From: Gammaproteobacteria bacterium
GTDB lineage: Bacteria; Pseudomonadota; Gammaproteobacteria; Steroidobacterales; Rariloculaceae
Reading direction: 5' to 3'
DNA length: 64,000 bases
NCBI GenBank assembly: GCA_022825505.1
Contig: JAJDWR010000044.1
Location: 2,220 to 66,219, forward strand
Below are positions 11,872-20,242 of this stretch, piece after piece. The position numbers and the translations under genes are program-made. The notes under the pieces were generated by a model. The model saw only the letters and a program-made list of their open reading frames with translations, was not told where the DNA came from and ran no database searches. Position 1 is the first letter of the stretch; each line of letters begins with the position of its first letter.

Positions 11872-12016
11872 GGCGGCCATGTGCGGAACAGGCTTGTGAG
11901 CTCAATCCCGTCCCGCCATCCCTGGCGGGACGGGAATCGTCGGCTCCTTGCTAATGGCCATCCTTGGCCCGCGCGTCGCCGGCGACGCTCACAAGCCTGT
12001 TCCGCACATGGCCGCC
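11872..12016. repeat. Palindromic intergenic repeat, family copy 1 (divergent arms)
   Basis: 30-nt arms ggcggccatgtgcggaacaggcttgtgagc (11872-11901) and gctcacaagcctgttccgcacatggccgcc (11987-12016) are exact reverse complements. The core contains cccgccatccctggcggg and ggccatccttggcc, shared with the other four copies. Confidence 0.85.
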
Positions 12017-12024
12017 TTTGTTGG

Positions 12025-12738
12025 TTATCGTTGGGGTTGACGCATTTTTTGGCGTTTGCGCCAGGTGCGCAATGTCGCTGCGTGCCATGCGATGCGCAGG
12101 ACGCGCATGACTGTCTCCGTGCGCATGGGCTTGTACAGGGCCGCGTCCTCGGCCGCGATGTCCTTTGTTTGGCCCCGGTACTTGTGTTTGATCCAGGCGT
12201 TTTGGTCGACCTGGCGGACCAGGTCGAACAGGAAGCCGCGGCGGTTGGCCGCCACAACTGCGATACCGAAGTCGATCACGTAGGGTTGCTCGCCGGGGCC
12301 TACAAGGATGTTCTGCTTGCGCTTCAGGTCGCCGTGCGCTACGCCGGCGTCGTGCATCGTCCGGAGGGTTTCGAGCAGCCTTGCAAAGAACTTTTCGCGG
12401 TTCGCGAGTTGGTCCTGAAGTGCTTGCAGCGTATCGCCGGGTATGTGCTCAAGCACGAGGTAGCGGTCGTCGAGGCAGCCGAAACACGTGGGAATACCGG
12501 GAATGCCCTGTAAACGGCGGTAGACCTCCGCCTCTCTTCGGATCGCGGCCCGGCTGATGGTTCCACGCAGCCAGCTTCCGGAGGGTTCCTTGATGGCGAA
12601 GGCGCCGGCCGGACCCTGATATATGCGAATCGAGGCCTGGTATCCAGGGGAGGCTACGATGCCCGCGTCGCTAGAATCGAGCCAGTCAAGTATCGCCTGG
12701 CTTTGGTCCGAACTCAGCGTCTGCCGGTCATTGCTCAT
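12025..12738 (-). CDS. Minimal eukaryotic-like/RIO-Kdo-type protein kinase (237 aa)
   Basis: Kinase motifs seen: FAIKE (VAIK-Lys), REAEVYRRL (C-helix Glu), LVLEHIPG hinge, HGDLKRKQNILV catalytic loop, IDFG. No extended substrate lobe. Very basic C-terminus. Confidence 0.75.
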   Translation of the reverse strand: MSNDRQTLSSDQSQAILDWLDSSDAGIVASPGYQASIRIYQGPAGAFAIKEPSGSWLRGTISRAAIRREAEVYRRLQGIPGIPTCFGCLDDRYLVLEHIPGDTLQALQDQLANREKFFARLLETLRTMHDAGVAHGDLKRKQNILVGPGEQPYVIDFGIAVVAANRRGFLFDLVRQVDQNAWIKHKYRGQTKDIAAEDAALYKPMRTETVMRVLRIAWHAATLRTWRKRQKMRQPQR

Positions 12739-12741
12739 TCC

Positions 12742-13011
12742 TTAACCATCGCCGTCTCCGGCGGGACTCTCTTCAAACTCTGCGTCTATCATCTCAAGGA
12801 CATGCTTGTTCTCACTTGCGAGGTCGGATAACGCACCGAACGCGGCCATCCAGGGGGGCTCATAGTCGCCTGTTCCGGATTTCCGTGCGTAGCGACGAAG
12901 GTGTTCGTCAATCGCTTCGGCGTAGAACTGGTTGGGCGTCATGCCGAGGATGAAAGCCGCTCTTTCGACCTCACGGCAAACAACGTCCGGCAAATGGATT
13001 CCAGTTTTCAT
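12742..13011 (-). CDS. Ribbon-helix-helix (CopG/antitoxin-like) protein, 89 aa
   Basis: Internal ATG 13011 of ORF 12742..13278 gives MKTGIHLPDVVCREVERAAFILGMTPNQFYAEAIDEHLRRY.., a strand-helix-helix pattern. Acidic C-terminal tail. The ATG overlaps the upstream gene's stop (ATGA), and its own stop lies 3 nt before the kinase ATG. Confidence 0.6.
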   Translation of the reverse strand: MKTGIHLPDVVCREVERAAFILGMTPNQFYAEAIDEHLRRYARKSGTGDYEPPWMAAFGALSDLASENKHVLEMIDAEFEESPAGDGDG

Positions 13012-13598
13012 GGTAATTGTCTGATGATGTTCAGGAGGCACGCGGCGATGATGAGCGCGATCAGGGGTTCGCCGTTGCGCAGCAGGCTCTTGCGGAATGA
13101 CCATCCGCCGGAGAATGCGCCGCCCAGGTTCCTGAAGGAGGGCATCAGGGCCGGAACGTCTCCCGCCCACTGCAGCCACCGGTCGCCGAACAGGTTGTGC
13201 AATTTCCGGTCCTCGTATTCGATGGCGGTGGGGTAGTAGAACCAGAAGAAGGCCAGCGCGACGGCGACCGCCCACCACTGGCCGCCTGCGATGGCGAATC
13301 CGCTGACGATGGCGATGTTGCCGGTGTAGAGAGGATGGCGCACGAGGGCGTAGGGGCCGTCGGTGGCCAGTTCGCGGTTCTTGGTGATGAATCCGCTGGC
13401 AAAGAGGCGCAGCGCGGTGCCGGCGACGATGAACGGTGTCCCCAGCGTCAGAGACAATTCAGCGGGGGCGGCGGTTACGCTGAACCACACCATCAGGACG
13501 ACGGCCAGAACCTGCCTGGACGCTTCGTGGTACCGTAATTTGCGGACGAGTCGCGTGAACGCGCCGCCCGGCGCGAGATCATCGGTGCGGTGTGACAT
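13008..13598 (-). CDS. Isoprenylcysteine carboxyl methyltransferase (ICMT)/PEMT-family membrane methyltransferase
   Basis: 196-aa multi-TM protein with ..TDGPYALVRHPLYTGN.. and ..EYEDRKL.., characteristic of the ICMT/PEMT superfamily. Confidence 0.7.
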   Translation of the reverse strand: MSHRTDDLAPGGAFTRLVRKLRYHEASRQVLAVVLMVWFSVTAAPAELSLTLGTPFIVAGTALRLFASGFITKNRELATDGPYALVRHPLYTGNIAIVSGFAIAGGQWWAVAVALAFFWFYYPTAIEYEDRKLHNLFGDRWLQWAGDVPALMPSFRNLGGAFSGGWSFRKSLLRNGEPLIALIIAACLLNIIRQLP

Positions 13599-13609
13599 GG
13601 TAATCGACT

Positions 13610-15331
13610 GTGTTCAACGTGCGGTTGGCAGTGAATAATAGAGTGCCCGAAGGCGGTGACCAAACAATCGTCCGACCCGACGTGACTGAACGCTTCTCAA
13701 GCTTTGCAACCCGCTCCGTGGTGATGGCGCCGCGAGGCATGGCAGCCACCAGCCATCCCCTGGCGACCCAGGTTGCCGTGGATGTGCTCAAGGGGGGCGG
13801 TTCGGCCGTGGACGGGGCCATCGCGGCCAATGCCGCGCTCGGTCTGATGGAGCCCACCGGATGCGGCGTGGGCGGTGACCTTTTCGCGATTCACTGGGAG
13901 GCCGGCTCACGCGAGCTGACAGGCCTCAACGCCAGTGGGCGCTCGCCCGGGGCGCTGAGCCTCGATCATCTGCGGAGTGTCTGCGGCCGTGACGGCATCC
14001 CTTCGAACGGGCCGCTCTGCGTGAGCGTTCCCGGCGCGGTGGACGGCTGGTTCGAACTCCACGAACGCTTCGGCCGGCGTCCGATGGCCGATCTGCTGGC
14101 GCCGTCGATCGCCTACGCCGAGGATGGATTTCCGGTGACGCCTGTCATCGCCCGACAGTGGGCTTCGGACGGGGCCGTGTTGGGGCACTATCCCGGCTTT
14201 GCGGAGGTCTATCTGCCCGGCGGGCGGGCACCTCGTGCCAGGGAGATTTTCCGCAATCCCAGGTTGGCGGACACCTATCGAAAGATCGCCACGGGCGGCC
14301 GGGAGGCCTTCTACCGGGGCGACATCGCGCGCGGCATCCACCGTTACATGGCCGAACAGGGCGGGTTCCTGAGCTACGACGACCTGGCTGCACACCGTTC
14401 CGAATGGGTCCATCCCGTGTCTACCACCTACCGCGGCTACGAGGTCTGGGAACTGCCGCCCAACGGCCAGGGAATCGCCGTGCTGCAGATGCTCAATCTC
14501 ATGGAGGACGATGATCTCGCCGGCATGGGCTGGGGAAGCCCGTCGTATCTTCACCGGCTGATCGAGGCGAAGAAACTGGCGTTCGAGGACCGGGCTCGCT
14601 ACTACGCCGACCCGGACTTTGCCGAGGTGCCGGTGGCGGGGCTGATATCGAAGCGCTATGCGCGGGAGCGTCGCACGCTGATCGACCCTGAACGGGCTTC
14701 CTTAACGCTGCCCGGCGGCGACCCCGCAGCCCTCAACCGCGGCGATACGGTGTACCTGAGCGTGGCGGATGAGCGCGGCAACATGGTTTCGTTCATCCAG
14801 AGCAACTTCCACGGGATGGGTTCGGGCATGACGCCGACGGGCCTGGGGTTCGTACTCCAGGACCGTGGCGGCGCCTTCAGCCTCGACCCCGGTCACGCCA
14901 ACGTATTCGCTCCCGGGAAGCGGCCGTTTCACACCATCATTCCCGCGTTCGTCACCCTTGACGGTGACGCCTTCATGAGTTTCGGTGTCATGGGCGCCGA
15001 CATGCAGCCCCAGGGCCAGGTGCAGGTACTGGCCAACATCGTCGACTTCGGCATGGACATCCAGACGGCGGGCGACGCGCCCCGGTTACGCCACGACGGC
15101 TCCAGCGACCCCACGGGCCGCCGCATGAAGGATGGAGGCACCGTCTTCCTGGAATCCGGTTTTCCTGCCGGCACGGCGGAAGCCCTGGCGGCACTGGGGC
15201 ATCGCGTACAGGCGGACGCCGAGGGCCTGGGCGGTTTCGGCGGCTATCAGGCGATCCTTCGGGACCCGGACAGCGGCGTCTACTCGGGCGCGTCGGAGTC
15301 CAGGAAGGACGGCCACGCCGCGGGTTACTAG
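13610..15331 (+). CDS. ggt: gamma-glutamyltransferase family protein
   Basis: ..RGMAATSHPLATQVAVDVLKGGGSAVDGAIAANAALGLMEPTGCGVGGDLFA.. and the autoprocessing region ..GDTVYLSVADERGNMVSFIQSNF.. Start uncertain (GTG 13610 versus GTG 13682). Confidence 0.85.
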   Translation: MFNVRLAVNNRVPEGGDQTIVRPDVTERFSSFATRSVVMAPRGMAATSHPLATQVAVDVLKGGGSAVDGAIAANAALGLMEPTGCGVGGDLFAIHWEAGSRELTGLNASGRSPGALSLDHLRSVCGRDGIPSNGPLCVSVPGAVDGWFELHERFGRRPMADLLAPSIAYAEDGFPVTPVIARQWASDGAVLGHYPGFAEVYLPGGRAPRAREIFRNPRLADTYRKIATGGREAFYRGDIARGIHRYMAEQGGFLSYDDLAAHRSEWVHPVSTTYRGYEVWELPPNGQGIAVLQMLNLMEDDDLAGMGWGSPSYLHRLIEAKKLAFEDRARYYADPDFAEVPVAGLISKRYARERRTLIDPERASLTLPGGDPAALNRGDTVYLSVADERGNMVSFIQSNFHGMGSGMTPTGLGFVLQDRGGAFSLDPGHANVFAPGKRPFHTIIPAFVTLDGDAFMSFGVMGADMQPQGQVQVLANIVDFGMDIQTAGDAPRLRHDGSSDPTGRRMKDGGTVFLESGFPAGTAEALAALGHRVQADAEGLGGFGGYQAILRDPDSGVYSGASESRKDGHAAGY

Positions 15332-15638
15332 TTGAAGAGGTTGATGTACTGCGAATAGACGAATACGCGATTGCGCGCGTTGCCCGTGCCCTCTATGTAC
15401 CGGCTCTCATCAAGGATGTTTCCTCGGAAACTACATATTTTCGGATAGTGAGAATATAGTAGATTTCTCTATCTATATTAAATGTTAGTGCAAATAAGAG
15501 ACGGTTTCGCCCGCAAGTACTCACTTGGTGAAAATAAGCCTAATGTCGCACAGTCGACCGGCGACCAGATGTGTTTCGACCACGTGGGTGCAATCCAGCC
15601 CACCCCAATCCCCAGCCGGAACAGGGCTCCAGCAGATG

Positions 15639-16661
15639 TCAGCCCAATGACATGCGCGGCCGCCCCTGCAGGTGGCGGACGCGCTCGAAGACGTCGACGC
15701 CCATCTGTCCCAGCAGGTCGATCATGTCGATGGGGACCCAATTTTCGGCGATCAGGCCGTCTTCGACGCGGTAGAAGTCCATGACCCGCATGCCCACGGA
15801 CCTGCCGGTGGCGGGCATGGCCAGGAATCCGGGGCCCAGGTGCGTCGCCACCACGCTGGGCCAGCCGCCCGTCACTGCGTAGTTGCCGTCCCCGAGCTGG
15901 CCGAAATGATGCTCGACGCGGCGGTCGGGAAAGGCGCGCAGGAACGGGATCTGGTGGTGGGCCCGAAATCCCCGGAGTCCGCGGGTCGTGCCGATGCCGG
16001 ACGGTCCGTACCAGAGGAAGTCGGGCGTCCAGTATCGCTCGTGGTCCATGCTCTCGATGCGCTTGCCATCGAACCGGAGCAATCCGGCGTGCATCAGCCT
16101 GACCAGTCGGAGCGACTCGGCACCACGTGCCGGATCGACGACGTCAGGCAGGACGCCGTCCTGCGTCGCCGGCCCGGGCCAGCGGCCCTCGGCGCCGAGC
16201 GCCGGAGCAATGGGGTAGCAGCCGGCCTGGCGCATCAGGTCGAGCAGGTCGGCAATCATCCAGGTCACCGAAATCCTGCCGTTGACCAACCGATGAACTT
16301 CCCCGTAGCGGATGTGTACGACGCCATGTGTCGGCGGGATGTCGAAAAGGGGTCTGGCGAAAGTGCCCTGAAAGTGACCCATGACCGCGACCAGGTCCCG
16401 GCCGTCGGATTCGCCGGCAATCAGGATCGAATCGCGGCGCTGAAAATCGGAAAGTGCGAATCGCAGCGGACGCCAGAGTGAATTCGCGATCGCGGCGGCG
16501 CCGGTACACTCGTTGACCGGGTGGAAGGCAAACAGGCGGGCGTCGTCCGCATAGACCGTACCGGCCGAATCTTCGAGATCGTCCCCGGAGGCGCGGCACA
16601 GCGCCTGCAGGCGGCGGTGTACACATCGCTTGTTTCGATTGTGCGCCTCAGTCCGCGTCAT
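15639..16661 (-). CDS. Tandem SnoaL-like/NTF2-fold (ester cyclase-like) protein, type A copy 1
   Basis: Two ~150-aa modules, each ending in the ester-cyclase-like pattern (..IPPTHGVVHIRYGEVHRLVNGRISVTWMIADLLDLMRQAG.. and ..MPATGRSVGMRVMDFYRVEDGLIAENWVPIDMIDLLGQMG..). Paralog of 32793..33800. Start moved to Met13 (16661) by alignment with the paralog. Confidence 0.7.
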   Translation of the reverse strand: MTRTEAHNRNKRCVHRRLQALCRASGDDLEDSAGTVYADDARLFAFHPVNECTGAAAIANSLWRPLRFALSDFQRRDSILIAGESDGRDLVAVMGHFQGTFARPLFDIPPTHGVVHIRYGEVHRLVNGRISVTWMIADLLDLMRQAGCYPIAPALGAEGRWPGPATQDGVLPDVVDPARGAESLRLVRLMHAGLLRFDGKRIESMDHERYWTPDFLWYGPSGIGTTRGLRGFRAHHQIPFLRAFPDRRVEHHFGQLGDGNYAVTGGWPSVVATHLGPGFLAMPATGRSVGMRVMDFYRVEDGLIAENWVPIDMIDLLGQMGVDVFERVRHLQGRPRMSLG

Positions 16662-17727
16662 TCGTCCGGTTGCCGTCACCGGCCGCGCGGTGATCAAGGG
16701 AAGAAATCATGAGTGCCGGCTGCGGATCGTCACCGCCACGTACGACATAGGCTTCGACCCGTTCGGCGCCGAAATTACCGAAACTGCGCCGCATCCCGAC
16801 CGGAATGGTCAGCACGTCGCCCGGACCGAGTTCCACCGAATCGACGCCGAGCGACACGTTGAGCGCCCCCCTGTGCATGAGAATGACTTCTTCCTCGCGC
16901 CGGCAGTGCGGCGCGGTTTCCGCACCCGGCAAGGCTGTAAACAGGCGCAGGTTGAATCCGTGCGGCCAGTCGATCTTGCCCGCATCCAGACCGTCCGCCC
17001 CGCCTGCAGACCCGATGATCGGCAACTCCCGAACCGGTTCCGGATCCTCGTCCGGTACCCCCAGCAGTTCGCGCCGCCGGACGATGCAGTCGCCCAGCCG
17101 TTCGGTGGTGAGCCGGTCGAGCCGGGCAACGTCCTCCTCGCTGGTCGGCCGCATGGCGCGCTTGCTGTCCGGAATCTTCTCGCCGCGAGAGGTGTCCACG
17201 AGACTGCCGTCCTCAAGGAGTATCAATCCATGCTCCGCCGCCTGATCGAATACGTAGGGCGCCCAGGTCACCATGCCGGGGTCGTCGCCGCCCAGCACGG
17301 CAAACATGTACCCGACATCGTCGCCGACGTTCTCGAACCCACGGAACACGTGGATTGGGATGGAAATGGTATCCCCGGGACCCACCGTCACTTCGCCGTC
17401 CCCGCAGTCGACGCCGGTGTAGAACGCCCACTGCCCGGAATGGATGATGAACACCTCGGCGGTTTCATGGCTGTGCTGGGAGTTGATGCAACCCGGAGGC
17501 TGGCGGGCGCCGCCGATGTTGAATCCGTGCGGGATGTCGATGTGCACGTACTGATCGGGGTTCTCGGCGACCCCGGGACCGATGATCGTGAAGTTCTCCT
17601 TCTCGGTGCTTCCGGGCGTTCGGGTGTCGATGAACGCGGTAGTGCAGGGCCGCAGATCCCGGTATCGTACCAACCGCTCCGCAAGGAGCGCTGCATGACG
17701 GCTTTCCGACGATATACTCTGGACCAT
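16648..17727 (-). CDS. Bicupin protein (N-terminal cupin with HxHxxxE metal motif)
   Basis: First module has ..NSQHSHETAEVFIIHSG..GPGDTISIPIHVFRGFEN.. Second module has ..APHCRREEEVILMHRG..GPGDVLTIPVGMRRSF.. Start set at ATG 17727 because the track start (TTG 17796) coincides with a promoter -35 and the conserved operator. Confidence 0.7.
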   Translation of the reverse strand: MVQSISSESRHAALLAERLVRYRDLRPCTTAFIDTRTPGSTEKENFTIIGPGVAENPDQYVHIDIPHGFNIGGARQPPGCINSQHSHETAEVFIIHSGQWAFYTGVDCGDGEVTVGPGDTISIPIHVFRGFENVGDDVGYMFAVLGGDDPGMVTWAPYVFDQAAEHGLILLEDGSLVDTSRGEKIPDSKRAMRPTSEEDVARLDRLTTERLGDCIVRRRELLGVPDEDPEPVRELPIIGSAGGADGLDAGKIDWPHGFNLRLFTALPGAETAPHCRREEEVILMHRGALNVSLGVDSVELGPGDVLTIPVGMRRSFGNFGAERVEAYVVRGGDDPQPALMISSLDHRAAGDGNRTNDAD

Positions 17728-17767
17728 ATGGTGAAGTTCACCGCCGCTGGCGACGTTACCGCGACCG

Positions 17768-17796
17768 AATGTACTTCGAATGCAAAACCAATTCAA
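17768..17796 (-). promoter_or_regulatory. Putative sigma70-type promoter (-35 TTGAAT, 17-nt spacer, -10 TACATT) overlapped by the conserved 17-mer TTTGCATTCGAAGTACA (17770-17786, minus orientation)
   Basis: Minus-strand read: TTGAAT-tggttttgcattcgaag-TACATT. The 17-mer is identical to the site at 24169-24185. Lies 43 nt upstream of the bicupin ATG, in the divergent region shared with the SnoaL type B gene. Confidence 0.55.
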
Positions 17797-17840
17797 GGCG
17801 CTCGCCGAGGGTGCCCGCCGCTTTCAAAAAGCGCCATTGA

Positions 17841-18866
17841 GTGGCGTTTGGTCGATTGCGGGAGCAACCCGGTTCGGTTCGGAACGTGACGCGGTATGAC
17901 CCCGACCGGAGATTGGTCGAGTACATTCTCGGGATCACATTCGAGATCTGGGAATGCGGCCACGTCGAACGCATCAACGATTACTATGACGCCGATGCGC
18001 GGATTTTCGCCCTGAGCGGCCTTACCCGCGGTGCCCGGGGAATGATCGAAGGCACCCGGCGGATGCTCGAGGCGTTTCCCGACCGGCTGCTGCTGGCCGA
18101 TGACGTCATCTGGTCCGGCTCTCCGGAGGAGGGCTACTACTCCTCGCACCGGGTGGTCAGCCCCATGACGAACACCGGCCCGTCGGCGTACGGACCGCCT
18201 ACGGGCAAACGGGTCCGCACACTGACCATCGCCGACTGCATCGTCGAGGGCGGCCGGATTACCTGCGAATACCTGCTGCGCGACCACTATTCCCTGGTGC
18301 GGCAACTGGGGGTCGACCCGCGGCGGGCCGCGCGGCAGATGGCGGGCGAACGCGGTCCCGACTGCGAACGGTGGATAGAGGAAGAAATCGCTAGGCTCGC
18401 CCGGCGCAGCGGGCCGGTGCAACGGTTGCCGCTACCGTCGCCCGATGCGGATACACGGGGATTCGCGCGGCGGGTCATCGAAAACCACTGGGCAGGGAAG
18501 AGCGAGGCGATACCCGACGCCGCCTACGCCGGGTACGCTGTGATGCGCCGCGCGCCCGACGCGCTCCACTCGGGAAGGGACGCCATCAAGGCCCACTACG
18601 CTCGCTTGCGCCACGCCATTTCCGGCTGCAATGTGTCGGTCGATCATGTCGCGTGGCAGCCTGTGGATGGCGACGGGATGCGAATTGCCGCCCGGTGGTC
18701 CGTCGCGGGCACGCATACGGGCGACTACCTCGGGATTCCCGCCACGGGCCGGCCCGTCTACGTGCTGGGCGCGACGCACTGGCGAATCGTGGGCGGACGC
18801 ATCGCGGCTGAGTGGACTGTTTTCGACCGGCTGGGGGTGATGTGTCAGATCGTCTCGCGACCCTGA
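17841..18866 (+). CDS. Tandem SnoaL-like/NTF2-fold protein, type B copy 1
   Basis: Two modules (..YILGITFEIWECGHVERINDYY.. and ..AGTHTGDYLGIPATGRPVYVLGATHWRIVGGRIAAEWTVFDRLGVMCQI..). Paralog of 33804..34934. An alternative start at GTG 17886 aligns with the paralog. Confidence 0.7.
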   Translation: MAFGRLREQPGSVRNVTRYDPDRRLVEYILGITFEIWECGHVERINDYYDADARIFALSGLTRGARGMIEGTRRMLEAFPDRLLLADDVIWSGSPEEGYYSSHRVVSPMTNTGPSAYGPPTGKRVRTLTIADCIVEGGRITCEYLLRDHYSLVRQLGVDPRRAARQMAGERGPDCERWIEEEIARLARRSGPVQRLPLPSPDADTRGFARRVIENHWAGKSEAIPDAAYAGYAVMRRAPDALHSGRDAIKAHYARLRHAISGCNVSVDHVAWQPVDGDGMRIAARWSVAGTHTGDYLGIPATGRPVYVLGATHWRIVGGRIAAEWTVFDRLGVMCQIVSRP

Positions 18867-19022
18867 CGGGCGGTCGCATGCACGCGCGGCACTTGCGCGC
18901 TTAACCAAGCCCGCCATCCCTGGCGGGCTTGGATCGGCGTTCGGCGCGCCTGCCATCCATGGCGCCGCGCCGAACACACGACGCGCGCAAGCGCCGCGCG
19001 TGCATGCGACCGCCCGTCAGGG
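18861..19022. repeat. Palindromic intergenic repeat, family copy 2
   Basis: 40-nt arms 18861-18900 and 18983-19022 are reverse complements (ccctgacgggcggtcgcatgcacgcgcggcacttgcgcgc / gcgcgcaagcgccgcgcgtgcatgcgaccgcccgtcaggg). The core has cccgccatccctggcggg and gccatccatggc. The left arm covers the stop codon of the upstream gene. Confidence 0.9.
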
Positions 19023-19044
19023 CTACCACCGGTCTGTCTCCGGG

Positions 19045-20184
19045 CTATCTCCACAGCGCTGCGCTTGCCATCGCCGCGCCTTCCACGAGGCTGCCGAGCT
19101 TCGCATAGACGATGTCTTCGTCCACCGCACCGAAACCTGCAAACGTGGAGAAGCCGCAATCCGTACCGGCCATCACCCGCTCGCGCCCGACGATGTCCGC
19201 GTACCGCTGAATGCGTTGCGCGACCAGCCGCGGATGTTCCACGAAATTCGTGGTGGAATCGATCATGCCGGGAATCAGGATCAGGTCGTCCGGCAGGTCC
19301 ATGGCCGCCATTACCTCCCATTCATGGGCGTGCCGGGGATTGGACGCTTCGAACAGCAGCGCGCCCACGGCGGCCTCGAGGGCGATCGGCAGCACCATTT
19401 CCAGGGGCGCGTCGCGGTGATGGGGCCCCTCGTAGTTGCCCCAGCAGATGTGCAGTCTCACCCGGTCCCTCGGCAGGTTGCGGATGGCGTGGTTGAGTGC
19501 CTCCACATGCAGGGAGGCCAACTGTCGATACTCTTCATCCGGCCGACCCTTGAACATCATGTGCCGTCCGAGGCCCAGGTCGGGCGAATCCAGTTGCAAT
19601 ACGAGGCCCGCGTCGACGATCGCGCGGTACTCGTGAGACATGGCGTCGGCCAGCGCGTAAAGATAGGCCTCATGGGTGGGGTAGTACCTGTTCGGCTGAA
19701 ACAGGGCAATGACGCCGGGGGACGCTGCGTTCATGAACCCTTCAGTCGGCTTGTGCCGCGCAAGCGCTGCCTTGAAGTTGCCGATGTCGGTGGTGACCGG
19801 TCCCATATCCTTGACCTCGATCTCCCCGATGCAACAGGGGCGCCGGTAGGTGGGCGTGCCGCCTGAAGAGGCCAGTTTCCTGAGGTAGCCGGGATAGTCT
19901 TCCAGGTCCGCGGGGGGCTCGCGGTCGCTGTCTCCCGCGAAGCCGGTGACCCGGTCGCCGATATAGGTGGCATAGCTGATCTTGCTCATCTCGCCGTCGC
20001 TGACGATGTCGATCCCGGTGTCCCGCTGGCGCGCGACCACCGCATCCACCGCGTCACGGAAAATATCGTCGGCGTCGGCGACCGTTTCGCCCCTTTCCCG
20101 GGCAAAGACCGTATCCGCAACGAGTTTCGAGCGCGGCAGACTGCCGACATGGGTGGTCAGAATTCGATCCTGGCTGTACTTCAT
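19045..20184 (-). CDS. Cobalamin-independent methionine synthase (MetE C-terminal domain)-like Zn enzyme, 379 aa
   Basis: MetE-like TIM-barrel pattern (..ILTTHVGSLPR.., ..DIVSDGE..). Putative Zn ligands are conserved: LHICWGN (His-x-Cys), a Glu in ..LFEASN.., and GTDCGF (Cys). Confidence 0.7.
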   Translation of the reverse strand: MKYSQDRILTTHVGSLPRSKLVADTVFARERGETVADADDIFRDAVDAVVARQRDTGIDIVSDGEMSKISYATYIGDRVTGFAGDSDREPPADLEDYPGYLRKLASSGGTPTYRRPCCIGEIEVKDMGPVTTDIGNFKAALARHKPTEGFMNAASPGVIALFQPNRYYPTHEAYLYALADAMSHEYRAIVDAGLVLQLDSPDLGLGRHMMFKGRPDEEYRQLASLHVEALNHAIRNLPRDRVRLHICWGNYEGPHHRDAPLEMVLPIALEAAVGALLFEASNPRHAHEWEVMAAMDLPDDLILIPGMIDSTTNFVEHPRLVAQRIQRYADIVGRERVMAGTDCGFSTFAGFGAVDEDIVYAKLGSLVEGAAMASAALWR

Positions 20185-20242
20185 GGGGTTCCTGGGAGCG
20201 CCTGCGTCGGGCGTGAAAAAAGTCTGCGATCAGGGGGGCGAT

